This document shows positions 46,736 through 55,127 of a stretch of 64,000 nucleotides of DNA, piece after piece. The DNA is from Candidatus Berkelbacteria bacterium (lineage in GTDB: Bacteria > Patescibacteriota > UBA1384 > JACPKC01): positions 156,590 to 220,589 of the forward strand of contig JACPKC010000010.1 of NCBI GenBank assembly GCA_016187225.1. The letters are read 5' to 3'. Position 1 is the stretch's first letter; every line of letters starts with the position of its first letter. The notes under the pieces were generated by a model. It searched no databases and was not told where the DNA came from. It saw only the letters and a list, made by a program, of their open reading frames with translations. A program made the position numbers and the translations under genes.

Positions 46736-48856
46736 ATGCACAAATCCAGATTTAAGAAATTCCGGCGAGTCTTTGCAATTTCTATGGTCGGACTCATTTT
46801 GAGTTTTTCTTCAATCGCGCCCGCCCTTGCGGTTGGGCCAATCGGACCAGTTGGTCCACAAGGCCCAGTGGGGCCCCAGGGTCAGGTTGGTCCACAAACC
46901 CCAGTTGGCCCCCAAGGCTCTATCGGTCCTCAACCAGTCACAGAACAAGGTCCAGCTTCAACATCAACAGCCGAACCATCAGTGATTTCAAATGAACCAC
47001 CAGTTGCACAACTCACTAATAACTCGAACGTAATAGAGCCAGGCGTTCAAACTTCCACTCCGCTTGAACCAGTCGCACCAATCGAGTCGACCAGCGCTTC
47101 AGCCGACCCGGCGATTGAAGGCACGCAAGTCAGCGCCGGCGAACTTACGAATGAGCAAACTGGCTCGAACTCGGAGAATTCAAATGCCGTCGGTGTCACA
47201 AATTCGGCAATGGTTGAAACGACAAATTCGGCCACAGTCGGCAATAATCTTAATTTAGATGCGGCGACCGGCGATAACGAAGTTACGAGCAATACCATGG
47301 TCGGAAGTTTCACGACTGGTGATATTCAAGGTTCGATTAACATCATCAACGCTACGAATTCAGAATTTGCCCCTGGCAGTACCGTGGGTGTTGGCGAGAT
47401 CACAACAAATGCAAGTGGTGATGTTTTCTTGCTTGATGGAGTGGATCGGTTATATTTACCAAGCAACAATGAAACTGGAGTGAATTCAGCTAATACAAAC
47501 GTTATTAATGACACGAACGTGGTACGTATAATTACAGATAATAATGCCGACATTGATAATGTTATCGATATTAGTGCCGATACCGGCAATAATACGCTCA
47601 CCAGCAACACAGTGCTCGGCGATATTGCGACCGGCACGATCGACCTTTCATTGAACATCATCAATTTACTTAACCTACTTATGCCGGACACGCTTTTTTC
47701 GCTCGACCTTTGGTCAATTTTTGGCGACCTTGCGAGTGATATTATTCTCCCCATGGTCAATGAACTCACCGGCGTAAATTCGGAAAATACAAATTCTGCT
47801 ATCCAAAATACAACTGTCGATGTTACCCTGGCGAATAACGCTCAAATCGATAATATCTTCGACATTCAAACCGAGACAGGCAATAACGCACTCGCCAGCA
47901 ATAGTACTGTCGGAAACATCGAAACCGGCGGCACGCGGATCGAGGGTGGAGTTACAAATATTGCTAACAGCGCCAATCCGACACTTTATCTCTTTAATGT
48001 TTTGGGTGACTGGACTGGGAGCGCTCTCGGATTGCCAGGCGGTAATTTTATTGTGAATGAACTTTCCAGCCTACTAACGGGTCCTAATTCGCTCAATGAG
48101 AATACTGCCCAGCAAACAAATGATGTTTTAGTTGACGTAACCAATACCGCCAACGTTTCCAACCAGCTTTCTTTGAACGCAAATACCGGCGCTAACACGG
48201 TTGAGCGAAATTCAAAAGTTGGCAATATTAAAACCGGCGATATTAATGTCATGGCGAATGTGGTCAATTTCCTTAATTCGTTTGGGAGTGATCTTAAAAA
48301 GTTTTCTCTCAAGGTTGTGAATATTTTTGGAAACTGGAATGGCACCGCGAAATCAACGCCCGATCCAGAAATTCAAACTGCAAGCGCTCTCGCATCGCCA
48401 GAGAACATCGATAATCAGTCATCGCAAAATTCAAACACTGCCGATGTGTGGGTTACACAACCAGTCGCCGCAACTTCAATAGAGATTTCACAAGCATCAT
48501 CAAATTCTACCGGTGAAAACAATCTATCGGAAACTGTGATAGCTAGTGTTGCCGAAGATCAGTCGCCTGAAATGCCAAGTTCGCCAGTTCAAGTTGCAAG
48601 CGCGAATGAAAATACAAGACTTGCGTTTGTTGAGCAAAAACAGAATTCTAATGACGAATCGAGATTATCTGAAGATGCTACACCCGAAGAAAATCTCACT
48701 AAAATTGCTTCAGCTCACATTGAACAACCTGTCTTGGTTGGGGCTGAAAAGAATAAAATAAATTGGCAACTGATACTAGTCTTAAGTCTACTTAGCTTCT
48801 TCGCTTTAATCTGGGGTTCTCTTGAGATTGCCGCCGTTAAATCAATTCGTCGTTAA
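46736..48856 (+). CDS. Large surface protein: collagen-like N-terminus, four beta-repeats, linker, C-terminal TM
   Basis: SD GGGGAG before ATG 46736; ALA signal; (GPx)n tract; four N..TG.NS.N.N repeats; TM followed by KSIRR. Confidence 0.85.
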   Translation: MHKSRFKKFRRVFAISMVGLILSFSSIAPALAVGPIGPVGPQGPVGPQGQVGPQTPVGPQGSIGPQPVTEQGPASTSTAEPSVISNEPPVAQLTNNSNVIEPGVQTSTPLEPVAPIESTSASADPAIEGTQVSAGELTNEQTGSNSENSNAVGVTNSAMVETTNSATVGNNLNLDAATGDNEVTSNTMVGSFTTGDIQGSINIINATNSEFAPGSTVGVGEITTNASGDVFLLDGVDRLYLPSNNETGVNSANTNVINDTNVVRIITDNNADIDNVIDISADTGNNTLTSNTVLGDIATGTIDLSLNIINLLNLLMPDTLFSLDLWSIFGDLASDIILPMVNELTGVNSENTNSAIQNTTVDVTLANNAQIDNIFDIQTETGNNALASNSTVGNIETGGTRIEGGVTNIANSANPTLYLFNVLGDWTGSALGLPGGNFIVNELSSLLTGPNSLNENTAQQTNDVLVDVTNTANVSNQLSLNANTGANTVERNSKVGNIKTGDINVMANVVNFLNSFGSDLKKFSLKVVNIFGNWNGTAKSTPDPEIQTASALASPENIDNQSSQNSNTADVWVTQPVAATSIEISQASSNSTGENNLSETVIASVAEDQSPEMPSSPVQVASANENTRLAFVEQKQNSNDESRLSEDATPEENLTKIASAHIEQPVLVGAEKNKINWQLILVLSLLSFFALIWGSLEIAAVKSIRR

Positions 48857-49448
48857 ATTCCTACGTTCGATTCTAGCTTTTTCGCTTTTGTTATTATTTT
48901 GGTACGCGCCGCTCATTTTTTCACTTACTCAACCGACCCTGATTGAAGCTGGTGTACTAGGTAAGAGGATTGCTGAAGCGCCGGTCGCTGACACTTTTAG
49001 ATACGAAAATTTAGGGATTGAGGTTCCAATCGAAAAGGCCGCCTGGACATCACCCTTAAATACAAAAGATTGGCGTAAAATTCGCTCGGCGCTCGAACGG
49101 GGCGTAAGTTTGGCATATGAGGGCGAGTTTTTGGAGAGTGTTACCCTTGCCTTTATTACCGGTCACTCGAGCGATGTCTATCCACACAGATATAGTTCCG
49201 TTTTTGCCAGCCTTGGCCAAGCGCAAAGAGACGATAATTTTACCTTGTGGCTTAATCAAAATCCCTACCAGTTTAAAGTTACTGGGGTCAAAATTATTTC
49301 ACCCCAGGATGTTGAAGAGTTTCAGGCCCTGAATCCGGGAGAGAAATCAGACATCCAACGAGTTGCTCTGGTAACTTGCTGGCCGGTCTTGACAACTCGC
49401 TCAAGACTCGTTGTGATTGGAGAACGCAGTTTGAGAGGTAGCTTATGA
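48822..49448 (+). CDS. Sortase (second, divergent paralogue)
   Basis: N-terminal TM; ITGHSS; LVTCWP..T..SRL. Confidence 0.87.
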   Translation: MRLPPLNQFVVKFLRSILAFSLLLLFWYAPLIFSLTQPTLIEAGVLGKRIAEAPVADTFRYENLGIEVPIEKAAWTSPLNTKDWRKIRSALERGVSLAYEGEFLESVTLAFITGHSSDVYPHRYSSVFASLGQAQRDDNFTLWLNQNPYQFKVTGVKIISPQDVEEFQALNPGEKSDIQRVALVTCWPVLTTRSRLVVIGERSLRGSL

Positions 49449-50602
49449 ATAGTTATAAAATTTTTATTACTGGTCTAGCATTGTTGATTTGGTTTAGTAT
49501 TAGCTTGCCTGCAGAAGCAAGTCAAACGCGGGTTCAGGTTGGCGAACGCAAAGTTGTAAAATGTAAAATTTCGCTTGACAAGTGCGCCAACGAACTTCGT
49601 TCACAAGGTGTGCTTGTAAAGAGAAAACTTTCGTTTATTCAAGGCGTGGCGGCGAATTTGAATAGTGAAAGCGAGGCGAAACTTATAGCCACTGGTGTGA
49701 TTCAGAACGCTGACCCAGATATTGAGATTTCTGCTTTAAGCCATCGCGACCAGGCTCAAATTCTAACCTGGAACATTGCCCGAATCCAAGCCGATCGAGC
49801 ACAGGCAAAGAGTACTGGATTAGGTATTGATGTGGCGGTGATTGATACAGGTATCGATCTCGATCACCCGGATTTAATTGGTAGAATTAAGGGCGGTATC
49901 AACCTCATAAATCCTTGGGCCAACGCTGATGACGATAATGGTCATGGCACACATGTTGCTGGAATTATAGCGGCGGAAAATAACGGTTTTGGCGTTCTCG
50001 GTGTTGCTCCGAAGAGCAACTTATACGCAGTTAAAGCTCTTGATCGGCGTGGCCGTGGCTATCTTTCAGATATTCTTGCTGGCATGGAATGGGCGCTCAA
50101 TTCCGGGATTGAGGTGATCAACTTGAGTCTTGGAACGCCGGTTAGCATTCCCACACTTCAGGAGGCCACAACTCGGCTGGTGCAGACTGGGATTGTAGTT
50201 GTTGCGGCGGCTGGCAACGACGGCGCCGCCGTGAATTATCCAGCGGCGTATCCAGGCGTAATTGCTGTTGGCGCAGTCGGTGATGAGGACGAATTACAAC
50301 GTTGGTCATCACATGGATCCGCGCTCGATGTTGTTGCTCCAGGCGATCATATTTATTCCACTTATCGAAGAGATCGGTATCGAACCATGAGCGGAACATC
50401 GATGGCAACCCCTCATGTTGCCGGACTTGCAAGCTTACTTCTTGCTTACCCGTCAGCTTGCGACCAAAATAGCGATAATCAGTGTTCGGCTGAAGAAGTT
50501 GCCGCTCGGATTTTTGCAACGGCAGACAATTTAGATACACCTGGCTACGATTTGACTACTGGTTATGGCGTGATTAATTCAGCTCGAGCCCTAGGACTTT
50601 AG
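49445..50602 (+). CDS. Subtilisin-like S8 serine protease with propeptide
   Basis: VIDTGID, HGTHVAG, AAAGN, GTSMATPHVAG; signal peptide; start overlaps the sortase stop. Confidence 0.95.
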   Translation: MNSYKIFITGLALLIWFSISLPAEASQTRVQVGERKVVKCKISLDKCANELRSQGVLVKRKLSFIQGVAANLNSESEAKLIATGVIQNADPDIEISALSHRDQAQILTWNIARIQADRAQAKSTGLGIDVAVIDTGIDLDHPDLIGRIKGGINLINPWANADDDNGHGTHVAGIIAAENNGFGVLGVAPKSNLYAVKALDRRGRGYLSDILAGMEWALNSGIEVINLSLGTPVSIPTLQEATTRLVQTGIVVVAAAGNDGAAVNYPAAYPGVIAVGAVGDEDELQRWSSHGSALDVVAPGDHIYSTYRRDRYRTMSGTSMATPHVAGLASLLLAYPSACDQNSDNQCSAEEVAARIFATADNLDTPGYDLTTGYGVINSARALGL

Positions 50603-50647
50603 AACTCATTGTTTGTCCTATTAAAGCCTGTTAATATAGCAGGCGGT

Positions 50648-50734
50648 GCCGCGGTGGCGGAACCGGCAGACGCGCTGGACTCAAAATCCAGTGATCGCAA
50701 GATCGTGTGGGTTCGACTCCCACCCGCGGCACCA
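50648..50734 (+). tRNA. tRNA-Leu(CAA)
   Basis: GCCGCGG/CCGCGGC acceptor stem, anticodon arm CTGGA-CTCAAAA-TCCAG, long variable arm, GTTCGA, encoded CCA. Confidence 0.96.
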
Positions 50735-50808
50735 AAACAAAACCGGACGGCTTTTTGAGAGCCAGATCGTGGGTGCTCTTGTTGTGAGCAACGGCTAATA
50801 TCTTATAC

Positions 50809-51294
50809 TTACATCTGGTCGATGCCGGTTGCAAATTGACGTTTATTGTCCCCTACGCTTTCAATTAAGAAGTAACCCAAGCGTGGCGCGGCCGATGCTT
50901 TTTTACTGAATTCGGCATTAGCATTTCCGCTTTCGTTAGTTGAAAAATTACCGATTGACACTTTGGTGCCATTGTAAATGTTATTGCCATCCGGATTCGC
51001 GCCAGTATTCTTGAGACTAATGAAGAAAAGCTTATAAGTTTTCTCTGCAGAGGCACCCTCAAGGTGAACGTCAATTTCATCCTCTGTCACCGATACTTGT
51101 CCTTCCTGCAGAGGATCAGTACCTTTTTTAACGGCATTACTGCCGCAATCGTTACCGCTTTTAGTATCAGCACAGCGAATGAGGTCGCTTTCCATCGAAT
51201 GCCATTCGGAAGCAATTGCGTAGACAGCGCTCGCCGAAAGAGTTAATAAGACAAGTGTTAGAATTACTAATTTCCATGATTTCATTTCACTCAC
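50809..51294 (-). CDS. Hypothetical secreted protein
   Basis: SD GGAGG; signal peptide ending VYA; beta-rich with one Cys pair. Confidence 0.7.
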   Translation of the reverse strand: MSEMKSWKLVILTLVLLTLSASAVYAIASEWHSMESDLIRCADTKSGNDCGSNAVKKGTDPLQEGQVSVTEDEIDVHLEGASAEKTYKLFFISLKNTGANPDGNNIYNGTKVSIGNFSTNESGNANAEFSKKASAAPRLGYFLIESVGDNKRQFATGIDQM

Positions 51295-51349
51295 CTCCTC
51301 TCTACATTGAATATATTTAAAACAGATGGGATTGTAAATTATTCAATTA

Positions 51350-51967
51350 TTAAATTGGAGTAAAGTGTGCATTGCCCTGCCTGATCAGCGTGGGCGGGGT
51401 AGTTGTGAGATCGACGACAGTTGAAGAAGGAACTTGTGGCAAAGCGCCGGCATTGAGAATCAAATCCGGTTGAGATTCTTGAGGGACGACATGAAGAAAA
51501 TGTTTCTTAATGTCTTCAAGTGAGTATAAGGCGCCTTGTCCAGATAGATTGGCGCTGGTTGTAATATAGGCGTCGTGGAATGTCTGCGAAATAACTTGAG
51601 TGATCGGGTAGTCGGGAATGCGAATACCGATTGTGTTCGTTGGAGAAATACCGAAATCGGCATTGAGTAAGATAAAAGTATACGATCCAGGCAGATAACG
51701 TTTCAGCGTTTCGCGTTGGTAATCGGAAAGCTGGGCGAGCCTTTCAATGTGTTCAAGGTCTTGAGCAATAACAGAAAATTTTTTGCCAGTCTCTCGATCT
51801 TTCAGGGCAAGGAGACGTTGAATTGCGCGCCGATTGCGCGCATCAGTTCCTAAACCATAACAAGTATCGGTTGGATAAATTAAGACACCGCCTCGTTTTA
51901 ACACTTCAACTGCCGCCTGAATAGCGCTCGAATCCGGTTTTTGAGGCGAAAGTGTCAGTATTTTCAT
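51350..51967 (-). CDS. tsaC: Threonylcarbamoyl-AMP synthase (TsaC/YrdC)
   Basis: YPTDTCYGL, K.R, GIRIP, TTSANLSG, SSTVVD, IRQG; start taken at MKIL. Confidence 0.92.
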   Translation of the reverse strand: MKILTLSPQKPDSSAIQAAVEVLKRGGVLIYPTDTCYGLGTDARNRRAIQRLLALKDRETGKKFSVIAQDLEHIERLAQLSDYQRETLKRYLPGSYTFILLNADFGISPTNTIGIRIPDYPITQVISQTFHDAYITTSANLSGQGALYSLEDIKKHFLHVVPQESQPDLILNAGALPQVPSSTVVDLTTTPPTLIRQGNAHFTPI

Positions 51968-52010
51968 CATTAGTAACGTACCAGTAAATCTGATAAGATG
52001 CATCTTATCT

Positions 52011-52086
52011 GGGCCGTTAGCTCAGCTGGTAGAGCGCAGCATTCGCATTGCTGAGGTCGGGAGTTCGATTCTCCCACGGTCCACCA
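52011..52086 (+). tRNA. tRNA-Ala(CGC)
   Basis: G3:U70 acceptor stem, anticodon arm CAGCA-TTCGCAT-TGCTG, GTTCGA, encoded CCA; 76 nt. Confidence 0.96.
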
Positions 52087-52094
52087 AATTAAGA

Positions 52095-52805
52095 ATGATT
52101 TTTATGTCAGAAAAAACAATTTTCAATATTGCCTTTAACTGCGATAGCACGCTGGTTTCGATTGAGGGCCCGGTTGAACTAGCACGTCGCTTAAAAGTTC
52201 AGGGGATCGATGAACTTACGGAGCAAGCTATGCAGGGCGAGGCGTCATTTACCGAAGTTTTCCGGCGTCGTTTTGAGCTTTTGCAACCCAGTCTTCCAGA
52301 CGTTCAATGGCTTGGTTCGCGTTATCTTGAAACTATCGTTCCTGGTGCAAGAGAAGTTATTCAGACACTTAAAGATCAAGGCCATCGCATCTACCTTATT
52401 GCTCCAGGGTATCGAACCGCAATTCTTAAACTTGCAAAATATCTTGGCATTCCTTCACTCAACGTCTGCGCGGTTGATATCGAATTCGACAGCGTCGGAA
52501 AATATCTTTCTTTTGATGAGGATAATATTCTTACAACTGATGAGGGCATTCCTATGGTTTTAGCTGAAATCGCTAAACTTGGTCCAACAATTTATATTGG
52601 TGATTCCGTGCGCGATTTAGATACTCGCTCGGTCGTTGATCTCTTTATTGGCTTCGGTGGAGTCCGTTTTCGACAGAAAGTCGCCGATGAGGCCGAAGTG
52701 TATGTCAAAACACCGAATTTTTTACCAGTTCTTGCGCATATTCAAAACAGAATACAAATTATTCACGAACGTAGAATGAATAAAGCGGCGCTAGCGATGG
52801 TCTAG
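52095..52805 (+). CDS. HAD-IB phosphoserine-phosphatase-like protein with degenerate active site
   Basis: FNCDSTL (expected FDxDST), T..AM.G...F....RR cap, IGDS..D, FIGFGG. Confidence 0.8.
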   Translation: MIFMSEKTIFNIAFNCDSTLVSIEGPVELARRLKVQGIDELTEQAMQGEASFTEVFRRRFELLQPSLPDVQWLGSRYLETIVPGAREVIQTLKDQGHRIYLIAPGYRTAILKLAKYLGIPSLNVCAVDIEFDSVGKYLSFDEDNILTTDEGIPMVLAEIAKLGPTIYIGDSVRDLDTRSVVDLFIGFGGVRFRQKVADEAEVYVKTPNFLPVLAHIQNRIQIIHERRMNKAALAMV

Positions 52806-52817
52806 CAGAGGAGTTTT

Positions 52818-53903
52818 ATGCCCGTCCTTGATCTTCAGGAAAATTTTCAGACACTTGATCGTGAAAATATGCTCCAGTCGATCGAAGACATGCCAGCTCA
52901 ATGTATGGCGGCTTGGGAAGGAATGAATTCAATTACTTTGCCAACTCATTATATTCAAGCCAATCAGATGATTTTATTAGGCATTGGCGCGAGTCGAGTT
53001 GCGGCTGAATTTGTACAGGCGATCGCTTTAAAGACTAGTACAATTCCCATTGAAGTTTTGACTGGTCCGGATTTGCCAACTTATGTTGGCAGTCAAACGT
53101 TGGTCATTGCCATAAGTTATACGGGAAACACGCGCGAAGTGGCTGCCGCCTTTCGCTCTGCTGGTGAGCGTGGGGCAAAGTTATTCGGTATTAGCGCTGG
53201 TGGGGATTTAGCCGCTCTCTGTCGTAAATACCGAGCTCCATATTTCTCGATTCAATATGGTGCTCAACCACGAGCGGCGATTGGTTATCTGATAATGCCG
53301 CCTTTATTGGCGCTCGAGCGCCTTGGTTTTGTTGAATTCGAAACCCAGGATCTATTGGCCAAGGGAGTTGAAACCTTACGCCAATGTGCCGAAATTCTAC
53401 GTCCGTCAGTGTCGACTCCACAAAATCAAGCAAAACAACTCGCCCAACGTTTGATGGGTAAGATCCCCGTGATTCTTTCGCCTGATTTCCTTCGAGCAGG
53501 CCGACATCGTTTTCAAATGCAACTTCAGGAAAATGCTAAAACCTTTACGGTTGAAGTTGAACTACCTGAAGGCTTTCATACGTTTATCGCCGATCTAAAA
53601 TTTCCTCAAAGTATTGCCAGTGAATTAGCTTTCGTTTTGCTCCGTTCGCAATACGAATCGACAGGTTTGCGTGAAGAATACGAAACTTTGGGCACTCAAC
53701 TCAAGCAAGGGCACCTACAAATAGAACAGATCAAGCTTAAAGATGGCAATACATTTCTTGATGAGCAATTCGGTTTTTTGAGCTGGGCTGATTACGTTTC
53801 ATTTTATCTGGCTCTCCTGAATGGAGTTGACCCCTCGCAGTCAGGGGATATGATAAACATTCAAGCATCAAAAGTTGGCTTAAAGGCATTTTTCCAAACG
53901 TAA
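52818..53903 (+). CDS. Bifunctional phosphoglucose/phosphomannose isomerase (SIS fold)
   Basis: ISYTGNT.E, GG.L, QPR.A, Q..ENAK, PE..H, D..S.YLA..NGVDP. Confidence 0.85.
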   Translation: MPVLDLQENFQTLDRENMLQSIEDMPAQCMAAWEGMNSITLPTHYIQANQMILLGIGASRVAAEFVQAIALKTSTIPIEVLTGPDLPTYVGSQTLVIAISYTGNTREVAAAFRSAGERGAKLFGISAGGDLAALCRKYRAPYFSIQYGAQPRAAIGYLIMPPLLALERLGFVEFETQDLLAKGVETLRQCAEILRPSVSTPQNQAKQLAQRLMGKIPVILSPDFLRAGRHRFQMQLQENAKTFTVEVELPEGFHTFIADLKFPQSIASELAFVLLRSQYESTGLREEYETLGTQLKQGHLQIEQIKLKDGNTFLDEQFGFLSWADYVSFYLALLNGVDPSQSGDMINIQASKVGLKAFFQT

Positions 53904-53918
53904 TCATTAAGGAGGGAT

Positions 53919-55127
53919 ATGAGCGTTATTAAGTCGATTCAAGCGCGTGTCATACTTGATTCCAGGAGCGATAAAACACTCGAAGTCGACGTTTGGTTGG
54001 ATGATGGTGTTCGTGGTCGTGCCTCGGTTCCGGCAGGCGCATCAACGGGGATTCATGAAGCCGCTCAAATCAAAGATATGGATCAGGCGAAACATAATGT
54101 GAACACACTTGCTAGTTTAATTCTAGGTCAAGACCCAAGTCAGCAGGAGCAAATTGACCGCACCTTACTTTCAACCGACGGCACCGAAGAGAAAAGCGCT
54201 TTGGGTGGTAACGTAATTTTAGCGCTTTCATTAGCGGTTTGTGATGCCGCCGCTCAAAGTCGTCATTTACCGCTTTTTAAGCATATTCAAGAACTTGCGG
54301 GTCTGAAGACTGGGTCACGCCTGCCAACGCCGATGTTCAATATCATTAATGGCGGCAAACATGCTGATAACTCACTGGAATTTCAGGAATTTATGATTGT
54401 CCCGGCGGCCGACGAGCGTTCATTTCGTGAAAAATTGATGATTGGCGCTGATCTTTTTCAAAAACTGCGAGCGGTTCTGCATAAAATGGGGCACTCGATC
54501 GCACTTGGGGATGAGGGCGGTTTTGCTCCACGGCTCAACTCAAATGAAGAGGCATTGGAAATTTTAGTTCAAACGATTGAGGGCGCAAATTACCAACCGG
54601 GTCGTGATGTCACTTTGGCCTTGGATATTGCCGCGAGTTCAATTGCCGATCTCACACCAGTTACCTACCCGCTAGATTCCAACTCGTACTACAAAAAATT
54701 AATTTCAACTTATCCGATTTCTTCACTGGAAGATCCATTAGCCGAGGAAGATTGGCAGGGTTGGGCGAAACTGAATGCCCTAATCGGTTCGAGTATTTTA
54801 ATTGTCGGTGATGATCTTTACACAACCAATCCGAAAAGACTAGCAATGGGAATTCAGCAAAAGGCGGCAAACGCAATTATTATTAAGCCGGATCAAATCG
54901 GCACACTTACCGAGACTTTGCAGGCCGTGCGCCTTGCAGAACGGGCTGGTATGACAATTATCGTCTCACATCGCTCCGGGGAAACAGAGTCAACCTTCAT
55001 TTCTGATCTTGCCGTTGGCACTGGCGCGGCCTTCATTAAAACCGGCGCTCCCGCGCGCGGCGAGCGGGTCGCCAAGTATAATCAGCTTCTTAGGCTTGAG
55101 GAGTTTTTACAGGAGAATCAGGCATGA
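53919..55127 (+). CDS. eno: Enolase
   Basis: ILDSR, GASTG..EA, NGGKHA, QEFMI, GDEGGF, VGDDL, SHRSGETE, IKTG. Confidence 0.96.
   Translation: MSVIKSIQARVILDSRSDKTLEVDVWLDDGVRGRASVPAGASTGIHEAAQIKDMDQAKHNVNTLASLILGQDPSQQEQIDRTLLSTDGTEEKSALGGNVILALSLAVCDAAAQSRHLPLFKHIQELAGLKTGSRLPTPMFNIINGGKHADNSLEFQEFMIVPAADERSFREKLMIGADLFQKLRAVLHKMGHSIALGDEGGFAPRLNSNEEALEILVQTIEGANYQPGRDVTLALDIAASSIADLTPVTYPLDSNSYYKKLISTYPISSLEDPLAEEDWQGWAKLNALIGSSILIVGDDLYTTNPKRLAMGIQQKAANAIIIKPDQIGTLTETLQAVRLAERAGMTIIVSHRSGETESTFISDLAVGTGAAFIKTGAPARGERVAKYNQLLRLEEFLQENQA

Noticed and set aside
50648-52086. Integrated element at tRNA-Leu or tRNA-Ala
   Set aside because: No integrase, and I noticed no duplicated tRNA 3' end. 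Most flanking genes are housekeeping.
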